Part shown: piece after piece, positions 1 to 27,676 of the stretch | How positions within the stretch are numbered: the stretch's first letter is position 1 | How the letters are laid out: each line of letters begins with the position of its first letter | Assembly: GCA_964016885.1 (NCBI GenBank) | Contig: OZ024744.1 | Coordinates: forward strand, 121,706,001 to 121,770,000 | Origin: Eledone cirrhosa | Taxonomy: Eukaryota | Direction: 5' to 3' | Length of the DNA stretch: 64,000 nt | Notes under the pieces: model-generated | Database searches by the model: none | The model's input: the letters and a program-made list of their open reading frames with translations, nothing else | What the model was told of the DNA's origin: nothing | Position numbers and translations under genes: made by a program

Positions 1-303
1 TGCACCCGGCCGATTAACCCACTCGATATGCAAATTGGGCTACTCATCCGTTAATATGCATAAGGTAAGTATATACGTTCAACAATCTGACAGGAAGGTA
101 TACGTTGCTGACGATAGCTAATAAGCTTGAAACTAGTACAGCGTTCCTTTGTCAGTGTTGAACAAACGAGCAACGATGGTTGCTAGACACTACGGCTTAA
201 TACGGGATGTTTGTTTACAAACACACCGAGCATTATAATAAATGTTCGGTGAATCCATACGTACATATATATATGTGTGCATGTATGTATATATACATAC
301 TAC
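1..303 (+). mobile_element. Family A non-coding HHR-bearing repeat (cut by window start)
   Basis: Near-identical to 59966-60265 (+) and to the reverse complement of part of 59410-59739. No credible ORF. Contains an HHR. Confidence 0.85.
103..143 (+). ncRNA. Type I hammerhead ribozyme, family A
   Basis: CGTTG-CTGACGA-T-AGCT(AATA)AGCT-T-GAAA-CTAG-TA-CAGCG. Stem I extends outward (GTTCAACA 77-84 pairs with TGTTGAAC 156-163; CTGACA pairs with TGTCAG). Palindromic stem III ACTAGT, GUA cleavage triplet. Confidence 0.85.
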
Positions 304-1057
304 ACATGGTGTCCCGGCGCCTAGCCATTCCTATACTCGTGCCGCTAGATATAACAGCCGTTTTATGGGACTAAAATTTAGCTCAACAAATGGAGCCGTT
401 AATACTATATATAGAGTTATAAACTCAAACAGTCTTTTACAATTAAATAGCTCAAAGAAAGAGATATTTCTGAGCCGTGAAATACAAATTAATATAAATT
501 AATATATGATAAACACTAATACAATTATATAAGTGTTTGTATTGCAAATGACCAAGTTAGCTAGATTGAAAAATACTAATTAAATTAATACAGTTTGCCT
601 GTCTCGATTTAAAATAATAAATCAATAAAAACAAACCCATATTGGCAATAGCCGTGATACCTGGACAAATTTACATATATATATACAAATATACATATAT
701 ACAACTACGTATATATACGTATATATACACATACGTATATATATTTAGTTACCTACCTAGCTATGTGTGCTTGCGCACTTGTAAAAATTACCCTCTGTGA
801 TTGTTTCATATGTTTATTTATATGTTAATCAATTCCTAGTTGTTATAAAATGCTCGGACCTATTCATTAGAATCTTGGAGCTTATTTTACGGGTGATATG
901 GCGCACGCCTTTCTGGCATGACACCCATCATTTTGATTTAGATTAAATTCATTTTGATTTATCTTAATTTTGGATATAGATATATATATATACATATATA
1001 TATATATACATATATATATATACATATATATGTATACATATATATATATATATATAC

Positions 1058-1820
1058 AAACAAGGTTTAGCAAATAATGAAAAAGTTTCAAAATAAATTT
1101 TAAAAAATTGACTTTACCTACTATAGTTACCTTTACCGATCGGTTTCGAATCCCAAAAATAAAACGGAGACTATACGGCCTTCGTTGCAAAGAAAGATCT
1201 CGTCAGAAGGTTCTTTTCATTCAAAGAATATAAAATTCCTGAATTTAAATTACAGACTAGCACTATCAAAACTGTTCCCGGGATGAGAGTGGATGATGTA
1301 GAAACAGGTTTATCAAGGGCCGAAGCAAAGATAGAGGCAGAAGGAGGTAGGTCAAACCAGCCACCGCTATCACTAGCAGCAGTCGGAGCGACCAAATTTG
1401 TTCTCAACATTAGAGGCGATAGTAGTAATAGGATATGTGTTCCTTCACGCACAAGGCGCTAAGGTACGCATGTATTGTCCAACCAAATGCCAGTGTGGTT
1501 CAATGGCAGGTTAATAAATTAACGAGCCAGAACAAATATAAACAAGGTTTAGCAAATAATGAATCTTTCTTTGCAACGAAGGCCGTATAGTCTCCGTTTT
1601 ATTTTTGGGATTCGAAACCGATCGGTAAAGGTAACTATAGTAGGTAAAGTCAATTTTTTAAAATTTATTTTGAAACTTGTTCATTATTTGCTAAACCTTG
1701 TTTATATTTGTTCTGGCTCGTTAATTTATTAACCTGCCATTGAACCACACTGGCATTTGGTTGGACAATACATGCGTACCTTAGCGCCTTGTGCGTGAAG
1801 GAACACATATCCTATTACTA
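1058..1820 (-). mobile_element. Family B non-coding HHR-bearing element: 482-bp monomer plus inverted partial copy
   Basis: Direct repeat AAACAAGGTTTAGCAAATAATGAA at 1058 and 1540. 1563-1820 is the reverse complement of 1198-1058 joined to 1539-1423. (TA)n on both sides. Confidence 0.8.
1129..1211 (-). ncRNA. Type I hammerhead ribozyme, family B (long loop 2)
   Basis: Minus strand reads ACCTT-CTGACGA-GATCTT...(~40 nt)...GGGATTC-GAAA-CCGATCGG-TA-AAGGT. 10-nt palindromic stem III ACCGATCGGT. Confidence 0.8.
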
Positions 1821-2000
1821 TATATATATATATATACATGTATATATATACATATATATATACATATATATGTATACATATATATATATACATGTATATA
1901 TATACATATATATATATACATATATATATATACATATATATGTATACATATATATATATACATATATATATATATACATATATATATACATATATATATA

Positions 2001-2991
2001 TTGTTGTTGATGTGTGCTGGTGTTGATGTGTGTTGTTGTCTCCGTGTGTGTTATTATTGTTGTGTGTGTTGTTATTGTTGTTTGTGTCTGCGTGTCTGTT
2101 GTTGTTGTTTCTGGGTATGTTATTATTGTTGTTGTTGGTTGTGGTGGTGTGTGTGTTGTTGTTATTGTTGTTTGTGTCTGTGTGTCTGTTGTTGTTGGGA
2201 TGTGTGTTGTATATGTGTGTGCGTATATTGTTACTTCTGTTTTTGTTTTTGTTTTTGAGGCTCCAGCGTAGTTTTGTAAATGAGTTTTCTATTTCTGACA
2301 GACAACTAATCATATTTACCTTCTTGAATGTCGCAAATTTCGGTGGTAGACGTAATACAGATAACTCATCGTCATCTATTACCGTATTGCCGTGTATATT
2401 TGTGTTGTTGTTGTTGTTGAACTCATCTGTTAATGAGGTGTCGGCCATATTTATACCGTCAATTTTGTCGGGATATCTATTAGTATTCTCTACAGTATCC
2501 TGATTTAGCTTTATCTGCTTAAGCCACTTTAGTTTCTTGTTAAAGTGCTTATCACATTCTTGAGTAATGTACTGTTCTTCAGGACGTATAAGGCTTATAA
2601 ATATTAGTTTCTCTCTTGGTGTGGTGATCCTAGCTATTTCTTGTATTAGGTTACGCTTATGTTTTTCTTGATGACTTAATTCTCTATAGATCTTCTTTTT
2701 TATGTTTAGAATTAGTGTTCGTTTTAGACTATCTGCTTGTTTTTTGCTGAGTTGTAATCTTCTTACGTCGGTGTTGATGGTGTTGGTGTAAACTCGGGAC
2801 GAGGCACATTCTGTTATGAAGTGTAGTTGTCGAGATGTTATGATTTTTCGTAGACAACAGAACATGGTGGTTTTCAGTATCTTGTTAGCCTGGCTAAGGC
2901 TTACGATATTTCGTTTCTGAATTTGTTTAGCAAGATTCTTTATCTGAAATCGTGTGTTGAAACCGATATTGTTATACTTTGGGAGGGTCAT
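2001..2991 (-). pseudogene. N-terminal part of a Penelope-like element ORF, ending in an Asn/Thr/His-rich tract and (TA)n
   Basis: Basic ORF from ATG 2991 with [12 protein letters not shown]...[10 protein letters not shown], resembling the PLE pre-RT LxLGPKF region. Lies directly downstream of a PLE GIY-YIG ORF and its HHR. Confidence 0.65.
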
Positions 2992-3122
2992 GTTGCCAAT
3001 AAGAAACACACGCACCAGTTGCTTTCACTTCAATTTATTATAATAAATTTATAATAAATTTATAAATTTATAAATTTCTGGTTGGTTGGTTGGTTCCACA
3101 ACCAGATAGTTGTTTATATATT

Positions 3123-3165
3123 GTCATAGTTCTTTCGTCACACACTCTGTGACCTCTTCAGTGAC
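3123..3165 (-). ncRNA. Minimal type I hammerhead ribozyme in PLE UTR/pseudo-LTR
   Basis: Minus strand reads GTCA-CTGAAGA-G-GTCACA(GAGTG)TGTGAC-GAAA-GAAC-TA-TGAC. Confidence 0.85.
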
Positions 3166-3366
3166 TGGGGATTCCTTTCTTTGTTTTTGTGCCTCTCCTT
3201 TGTTCTGTCCTACGCCATTTTGTTTCTGTGTGTGTGTTGTGTGCTCAGTCTGCGCATGCGCCACATCCGGGTGTCTGTGTGTGTTTATGTTCATTTATCT
3301 ATTTGTTTATTTACATGTTACTGGTTGGTTGGTTGTTCTATGTGTGTGTGTGTTTTCATTTTGTCC

Positions 3367-4148
3367 TTAATTGTAAGTTGTGATGTTGCTGTTCCACTCA
3401 TATTTTCTATTTAATTTTGGTTGTAATTCTTTTATGTTTATTGCCTCTGTGATTTGTCTAAACATTGCGTCTTTTCTGTGTGTAGATTCTATTTTTATTT
3501 CTATGTTCTCTAATTTACCCTTGTGTTCTATTTTAGCATGTTGGTAGAGTACAGATGATTCTTTACTATCTTGAAGGTCTCGCCAGTGTTCATTTATCCG
3601 TTCCCCTACACTACGAGCTGTCTCACCTATGTACACTATATTTTTGTCTCTACATTGTCCTTCCGTACATCTTATGCTATACACTACATTTCTAGTTTTA
3701 CAGGTTATACATTTCTTATCTATACATGAGGGTCTTTGAAAAGGGTATGTCTTGCTAATAAGTGTTTTTACGGAGGTACCTGGTCTTTCTACTATCTTAA
3801 TATTGAGTTTATGTTTATCTAGGGCCCTTCTAAATTTGTAAGCTAATTCACCTCTAGGGGTTGTATCGATGAACATTACACTCTGGTATTTATTGCTATC
3901 ATACCATGAGTTTATTCTATTAGCCTTGTTCCTAGTTCTTTCTATTCTATTCCAAAATTTGCTCCTATACAGGGGGCAGGTCCCATTTATGTCATTATTT
4001 ACCATTTTTTCCCATTTGGTTCTGGCTCCACTATACACTCTGATTTTATCTCTCTGATTGTAGCCAGAGAACTGCATACGGTGGATGAAGTATTGTATGT
4101 GTCTCTCTAGTTCTTCGGGGTTGCACATGCGGGACACGTTTAGTATAG
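3367..4148 (-). pseudogene. PLE C-terminus: RT thumb, Cys linker and GIY-YIG endonuclease
   Basis: CIDKKCITCKTRNVVYSIRC...IVYIGETARSVGERINEH...RQITEAINI...LNRKYEW. Confidence 0.9.
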
Positions 4149-5063
4149 CTAAATCCGAACTTAGAAATATTATAGAACAGTATAGCAAGAAGCATAATAG
4201 AATGGAGGCCCAGCAACTGGGAGAAAAATCTGCAAATGGCTTGCGTAAGCTCATGCAGCGCTCGCGTAATGGAGAGATAGCATGCTTTCCAACAGACAAG
4301 TCTGGCAGAATGTCGGTTGACAGCCTGCCAAACTACATCCAGGCAATGCAACCCCACATCACTAACACGAGAGAGGTAACACCACAGGAGCATGAGGATA
4401 GAGAAAAAGCCCTCAATGCCCATATGGTGATGTGGACGAATATAATGCAGCCCAACAAAAGGACTGCCAACAACTTCCAGGCCTGGAACAATGACGTGCC
4501 GGCGTTGTATGGGCTTAGAAAAGACCATAAAACGGGCAGAGACCCTGTCGCGGGACCACCAACACGGCCAGTCTGTGGAGCTAACATTGCTAGTAACTAC
4601 AGACTGTCCTACTTCCTCTCCCTGATCATACGTCCCATCATTGAAATGTCCCCAGATGTATGTGACAGCACGGAGGACCTCCTCAGCAGAATCGGCGAGA
4701 GTAACCGATCTAAGGACCTAACAAACTGCATAATGGGTAGTATGGATGTTGTGTCCCTGTATCCATCTATTGACGTGGATTTTGCTGTGGAGAAATGCGT
4801 AGAAATGATCAGTGAGAGCAATGTTGAGTTCCGTGGGATTGATACCAGTGAGCTGGGACTCCTACTTAAACTTACCTATAGTAATAATTACCTAGACACA
4901 TATGACATTAGCAACCTGTGCCCTACAAGACCAGCAAGAGGCAGACCACTTACCATTACCTCAATGGCCAAGAAAACCCACAACAGATAGATGGAACGGG
5001 TGGACCAGAGCCATACGGACACCCGAAAACCACGATGAACTGAAGAAAATGATTGCACATGCG
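4149..5063 (+). pseudogene. PLE reverse transcriptase N-terminal half, inverted relative to the endonuclease segment
   Basis: PTDKSGR, LYGLRKDHK, TRPVCGA and SMDVVSLYPSI motifs. Frameshift near 4975. Runs into the assembly gap. Confidence 0.9.
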
Positions 5064-5263
5064 NNNNNNNNNNNNNNNNNNNNNNNNNNNNNNNNNNNNN
5101 NNNNNNNNNNNNNNNNNNNNNNNNNNNNNNNNNNNNNNNNNNNNNNNNNNNNNNNNNNNNNNNNNNNNNNNNNNNNNNNNNNNNNNNNNNNNNNNNNNNN
5201 NNNNNNNNNNNNNNNNNNNNNNNNNNNNNNNNNNNNNNNNNNNNNNNNNNNNNNNNNNNNNNN
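5064..5263. other. Assembly gap (200 N)
   Basis: Run of N. Confidence 1.
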
Positions 5264-5689
5264 GACCGTTTGGTAAGCGCAACCTTATATTGCTATGCTG
5301 CAAATAGCAGCCACTCAATTATAATCGTTGTTCACAGTCCAAATTTTCAAAATAGTGAGTTACTCTTGAAATTTTTCTTAATATACGGTCGTAAATACCT
5401 GGATAAAATCCTTCTCTTAATGCTTACCTGTGTTTTCTCTTTTATACTATATATATATATATATATATATATAGAAGCCTTGAAGTGGGGAGACCCAAGA
5501 CCTGGGATGAGGTGATAGAAGCTGACCATACCCAATTGCACCTCTCAATGGCGATGACGAGACCGTGACCTCTGGCGTCACACAGTAATACACAAGACCA
5601 GGGAACAAGCCGAAGCTGGAGCATATAGACAATATGCCCCCACCTCCTCTCACTGCATAGTGGTCGTGAAGGTGCCACGGCAAACAATC

Positions 5690-5920
5690 ACCCAGTACAC
5701 ACTGAAATGTGGTCATGTAGGGACCACGGAAAAAAGACAACCAGCACTCACTGTAAACGAGGTTGGTGTTAGGAAGGGCATCCAGCTGTAGAAATCAAGC
5801 CAAAATCAGTTCTGAATGAGCAAGACAAGGTCACCTGACTTAGCGTTGCCCATAACAGGACAACCCGTCTAACCGATGCTAGCGTGAAAGAATGGACATA
5901 AAACGGTGATGATGATTATT
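5690..5920 (+). mobile_element. SINE 3' half with RTE-type tail (octopod-like)
   Basis: GGTTGGTGTTAGGAAGGGCATCCAGCTGTAGAAA...CCGTCTAACCGATGCTAGC...GGACATAAAACGGTGATGATGA. Resembles abundant octopus SINE tails (recalled, not searched). Confidence 0.55.
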
Positions 5921-6629
5921 ATTTTACATCGTCTTTTATTCTTACTGTTAATGTGTTTGGACGGGTCTTTATAGACAAAGTTAGTCCTTAATTAAATCTA
6001 GAGTCCTCGTAGATGGATTTTAGGGTAACCATAGCTCATTGAAATGTCACTCTGGCATGGTTTCTATGACACGATGCCCTTGTTAATGTCAACAACTTAA
6101 CGGAATGTACTGGGTGTATATATTGTGGCACAGTAACATTACAAGAGGTTGTGTTGTCCTTGACATCACTCTCTTCCTTCATATCTATACAGCAGTACAT
6201 ATATTTATATACACACGCACACATACATATACATATATATATATATTTATATATATATATAATTGATAAATAAAACAAAACAAGCACAAGGGTTGCAAAA
6301 ATATAGTCTTATTATGCCACCTCCCTCACGCACACGTATATATATAACAATTTAAAATAGAAATGCGACTTTATATATATATCTATATAGGAAAATGTTA
6401 ACCCCGACTAAATTTAGTCCAGAAATAACCGTCGAAATGGCTTGAGCTCTGCCTATTTTCCTATTACCCACTCTACTACCCTAAGTATCTTTGCCATCAA
6501 TATCCAAAGATTTAGTTGATCGTTGTCAAGCACTCCGACTAGCTCTGGCAGGGAGACTCACCATTACATTGATATTATAGATATTACTTCATTTCTTTTG
6601 TTGTATTACCATGTACGTCACCTCATAAT

Positions 6630-21560
<14,931 letters not shown>

Positions 21561-23600
21561 TACTCTTTTACTCTTTTACCCGTTTCAGCCATCCGGCTGA
21601 GGCGCCGCCCTTGTTGCTACACATTTTATCTCCAGCCTGTATAGGTTGGCCACTGCTGTAGGAGGGAGATTGTTGCTGCTGCCCTTAGGTTTCCCTCGTG
21701 TCTTGCTGTGGGCTCATCCGGGATCCTGGATAACAAGGTGTCGAGATGTTTCTTAAAGACATCCACCTCCACGTCATGCAAGTCTCGCAGATGCCTCGGC
21801 AGCCTGTTGAAGAGTTGAGGGCCCTTGAATCCCAGGCTATTGCAATACCTGCTCCTTATTCTAGATGTGGAAGACGGGACCTTTGGCACCACACAGTGAC
21901 GTCCTGTTCGACGGTTGGTCCAGCTCCCAATGCCAAAGTTTGGTGCTAGTCCCTCCAGGATTTTCCACATGTAGATCACTGCATATCTCTCCCGTCTTCG
22001 CTCCAAGGAGTAGAGGTTCAGTTCCTTCAGCCTCTCCCAGTAGCTTGTCTCCCTCATCTTGGCAATCCTCTTGGTGTAGCTTCGCTGGATTGCCTCAAGC
22101 TCTGTGGTTAGTTTGACACTATGGGGTGACCACAGCTGGGAGCAGTAGTCCAGGCGGCTTAGGACAAAAGTCCTCCACAGTGTCAACATGGTGTCTCGAT
22201 CTCTTGTAAGGAAAGTCCTCAAGATCCAGCCAGCAAATCGTCTACATGCTGTCGCCACCTTCATGATGTGTGAAGAAAAAGATGCATCATCGCTCATGTC
22301 TATGCCCAGGTCTCGTATCGATTTTGACACGGGGATATCGGTCCCTCCTGGTCCTGTGTAGCTGTGTTCCGCTATATTTGTGTTTGTGTTTGCAGGTTTG
22401 TATTGTAGGGCTTGGAATTTGCCAGCATTAAACTGCATGTTGTTTTCTTCCGCCCATCTGTATATGGCATCCAGATCCTGCTGTAAGAGGGCAGCGTCAG
22501 CCGGGTTTTTGATTGCCTGTGCTACCTTAGTGTCATCAGCATAGCTAGTGAGGGATGTTGTTGCATGCACCACAGAGGGCATGTCCGAGAGAGCCACCAA
22601 AAACAGTAGTGGTCCCAGGACTGTCCCCTGAGGCACCCCACTTGTTATCGGTGTTTCCCTCGAGAGGGCCCCATTTGCTGCGACTGCCTGGCTTCTGTCC
22701 CTCAGGAAGCCATGCAGCCACTCACCTACTTTTCCAGTTATGCCGAGTCCGTGTAGTTTGTGACATATCATTCCGTGGTCGACCTTGTCAAAGGCCTTCG
22801 CAAAGTCAAGATATATCACGTCTACATGTGAGCTGTCTAGTAGCTGTCTCAGTACCCAGTCGTAGTGATGTAGCAGCTGTGTAAGGCAGCTTCTTCCTGG
22901 GCGGAAGCCATGTTGCGTGCTAGTCAGGCGGTCATTTTCTTCGAGGAAAGTGATTAGTTTCTTTCTGACGACTCGCTCCATGACCTTACTGATATGCGAC
23001 GTCAGGGAGACTGGCCTATAGTTCTTGGCCTCCGCTCTACTACCTCCTTTATGGATAGGGCATATTGTGCCTTCTTTCAGCTCCCTGGGTAGTACACCGC
23101 TAGCCAAGGAGCTTCTGAAGAGCATCTTCAGTGGAGTTACTAAGGCCCGCTTACATATTTTTAGGAGAACTGCTGGGAATCCATCAGGTCCAGCAGCCGA
23201 GTCTGTTCTAATTTCATCATCAATGGCGTACACCACATCCTCCTCCGTTATGTCTATGTGGTTGATGGTTGCCATTTCTTGATGTAGTGTTGTGGCATCA
23301 AAGTACTCCTCTGGCTTCGTTATTTGCATGTGCCTCAGTGGACATGTGAAGACACTTTTGTACTGTTCGTTCAGTATTTCACATATCTCTTGGGGATTTT
23401 CGGTTAATGAACCGTCCGTGTGGAAGAGTGGTCCAATCTTGCAGTGTACTGAGGCAGTTTCTTTTGCAAATTTAAAGAAGGCCTTAGGGTTTGTTTTAAT
23501 GTTTTCTATGGCCCTGTTGTCTTTCCTTGCCCTCTCATTCTCATGTGAAAGCTTGAGTGCAATCTCGGTGTCAAGTAGTGCACGTTTCAAATAGGATTTG
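21561..23600 (-). mobile_element. 5'-truncated CR1-group LINE with uninterrupted RT/C-terminal ORF (21626-23600)
   Basis: [57 protein letters not shown]. 3' stem-loop TCAGCC-GGAT-GGCTGA then a (GTAAAAGA)n tail. Confidence 0.92.
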
Positions 23601-23958
23601 ATATATATATATATATACATATATACATACATATATATACACATATATATACACATATATATATATACATACATATATATACACATATATATATATACAT
23701 ACATATATATACACATATATATATATACATACATATATATACACATATATATATATACATATATACATACATATATATACACATATATATATATATATAC
23801 ATATATACATACATATATATACACATATATATATATACATACATATATATAAACATATACACATATATATATATACATACATATATATACACATATATAT
23901 ATATACATACATATATATAAACATATATACATATATATATATACATACATATATATAT
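23601..23958. repeat. (TA)nCA microsatellite
   Basis: Direct reading. Confidence 0.95.
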
Positions 23959-24002
23959 GATGGCTGCCCCCTCGTTATCGAGTATGGCCATTGCACAATA
24001 AG

Positions 24003-24034
<32 letters not shown>

Positions 24035-25598
24035 ATAATAATAATAATAATAATAATAGCAATAATAATAATAACGACAACAACAATAATAATATACATA
24101 TTCATATATATATACACACACACGCACGCACATAAGCATATCTACACACACACACACACACACACAAACACACGATAGCAACTAACAGTGCTGCGATCGA
24201 ATGTGGCTTTTTAGCCCAGCCAATGATCCAAAATGTCTTGCACAGAGTCGGCAACCAAAACATTTACTGGGAATAGTCGGCTGTGGTTGGAGTTCGTGTA
24301 CTTTTGCATGTCGCTTGAGTCCTCCTGCTGATTTACATTCTCTACCACATGTTTGGCAAGCATGATGAGTAGCATCTCCAACAGCAGCCTGGTAGTCAAC
24401 CACTGGTCTTACTTTATGACTGCGAAGATGACTTTCGAGTCCAGCTTTGCTTAGGCAGAGTCTCGCACAGACGCTGCATGTCAGAAACATAGGAGGACCC
24501 TCGCCGTCTGGAAGTGCAACAGCAATACCCTTCCTCACGTCCCGCTTTACTTTCTCGTGTGCGATTCGAGATGCCTCAAAGGCAACTTTTCCCTCATATA
24601 CAGTCTTTCTCCATTTATTACGATCAGCAGCAATATTTTCCCATGTATCAGCAGAGATGTTAGCGTCTTTCAGAGAGGCCTTCAAGGAATCCTTATACCT
24701 CTTTTTTGGTTTATGTGGCGGTCGTTTTCCTTTAACCAACTCTCCATAGAAGAGTTGTTTTGGTATTCTAGAATCCTTCATCCTGGCAAGGTGACCACTC
24801 CAACGGAGTCGCTGCTTAAGCACAAGAGCTTCTATACTGTCACACATAGAGCTTTCCAAAATCTCGACATCACTGATGTGGTCCCTCCAGCGAACGCCAT
24901 GTATCCGTCTGAGACACATCTGATGGAAACGCTCCAATTGCTTAAGGTGGCGTCGATATGTGACCCAGGTCTCGCAGGCATAAAGAAGACAAGAGAGTAC
25001 ACATGCCCTGTACACCTTTACCTTTGTCCTCCTGCATATGTCTCGCCGACCCCAGAGTCGCCTTTCTAGCTTTCCGAAAGCATCACTTGCTTTCCTAATC
25101 CTAAGTGAGATTTCACTGTCAAGGCTGCCGTATCGATTGACAGTGCTTCCCAGGTAGACAAACTGATCAACCACTCCAAGTCGTTTGCCATACACATAGA
25201 TGTTTGGTTCAGTGTACTGCCTACCAGGTGCAGGTTGGTACATGACGACGGTTTTCTTGAGACTGACAGTCAAACCCAGGGCAGTGCAAGCGTCAGAAAA
25301 TACATTCAAAATGTGCTGCATATCACTCTGTGTGCGCTACAAGATCGCAATCATCTGCATACAAGAGGTCTCTTATGACTGATGTAAATACTTTTGTCTT
25401 CGCAGCAAAGCGCCTGATGTTAAATATGCTGCCTGAGGTTCGATATCGGATGTAAACACCATGCTCGCAATTCCTGAATGCAATACAGAAAACCATTGCA
25501 AAGTATATGGCAAACAGGGTCGGTGCTGGAATATCCCCCTGTTTCACTCCATTTTTTACTGAGATAGGCTCCGACATGTTACCTCCGACATTAACCCA
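23959..25598 (-). mobile_element. 5'-truncated RTE-clade (BovB-like) LINE with three C-terminal C2H2-like fingers
   Basis: [39 protein letters not shown], CxxC...HxxxH repeats. Frameshift at ~25322. Terminus ...GCAGCCATC then (TA)n. Confidence 0.92.
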
Positions 25599-26556
25599 AT
25601 ATATATACATACATATATACATACATATATATATATACATACATATATATACACATACATATATATACATACATATATACATACATATATATACACATAT
25701 ATATACACATATATACATACATATACACACATATATACATACATATACACATATATACATACATATATATACACATATATACAGACATATATATATACAC
25801 ATATATATACACATACATATATATACACATATATATACACATACATATATATACACACATATATATACATATATACATATATATACACATATATATATAT
25901 ACATATATATATACACATATATATATATACACATATATATATATATACACATATATATATATACACATATATATATATATATACACATATATATATATAT
26001 ATACACATATATATATATATACACATATATATATATATACACATATATATATATATATAAATATACACATATATATATATATATAAATATACACATATAT
26101 ATATATATATAAATATACACATATATATATATATATAAATATACACATATATATATATATATAAATATACACATATATATATATATATAAATATACACAT
26201 ATATATATATAAATATACATATATATATATATAAATATACATATATATATATATAAATATACATATATACACATATATATATATATAAATATACACATAT
26301 ATATATATATAAATATACACATACATATATATATAAATATACACATATATATATATATATATAAATATACACATATATATATATACACACATATATATAT
26401 ATATATACACACATATATATATATATACACACATATATATATAAATATACACATATATATATATATAAATATACACATATATATATATATATACACACAT
26501 ATATATATATATACACACATATATATATATACACACACATATATATATATATACAC

Positions 26557-26587
<31 letters not shown>

Positions 26588-27438
26588 TATATATATATAT
26601 ACACACATATATATATATATATATACACACATATATATATATATATATATACACATATATATATATATATATACACATATATATATATATATATACACAC
26701 ATATATATATATATATATACACACATATATATATATATATATACACACATATATATATATATATATACACACATATATATATATATATACACACATATAT
26801 ATATATATATACACACATATATATATATATATACACACATATATATATATATATACACACACATATATATATATATATACACACACATATATATATATAT
26901 AAACACACACATATATATATATATACACACATATATATATATATATATACACATATATACATATATATACACACATATATATATATATATATACACACAT
27001 ATATATATATATATATACACACATATATATATATATATATACACACATATATATATATACACATATATATATATATACACATATATATATATACATATAT
27101 ATACACATATATATATATACACATATATATATATACATATATATACACATATATATACACATATATATATATACATATATATATACACATATATATATAT
27201 ACATATATATATATACATATATATACACATATATATATATACATATATATACACATATATATATATACATATATATATATACATATATATACACATATAT
27301 ATATATACATATATATACACATATATATATATACATATATATACACATATATATATATACATATATATACACATATATATATATACATATATATACACAT
27401 ATATATATATACATATATATACACATATATATATATAC

Positions 27439-27471
<33 letters not shown>

Positions 27472-27676
27472 CATATATATACATACATATATATATATAC
27501 ATATATATACATACATATATATATATACATATATATACACACATATATATATATATACATATATATACACACATATATATATATATACATATATATACAC
27601 ACATATATATATATACATATATATACACATATATATATATACATATATATACACATATATATATATACATATATAT
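25599..27676. repeat. (TA)nCACA microsatellite
   Basis: Direct reading. Confidence 0.95.

Noticed and set aside
304-960. Unassigned AT-rich sequence (also 5264-5445 and 5940-6620)
   Set aside because: No ORF, terminal repeat or ribozyme core that I could support by eye.
1171-1452. 93-aa ORF inside the family B monomer
   Set aside because: Non-ATG start, no recognisable motif, and it overlaps the ribozyme. Coding is not supported.
1563-1632. Second family B hammerhead on the + strand
   Set aside because: Truncated: it lacks the 5' strand of stem I and CUGACGA.
4121-5063. 11-bp match TTGCACATGCG near the inversion junction and just before the gap
   Set aside because: Too short, and next to an assembly gap. 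Chance, mechanism and artefact cannot be separated.
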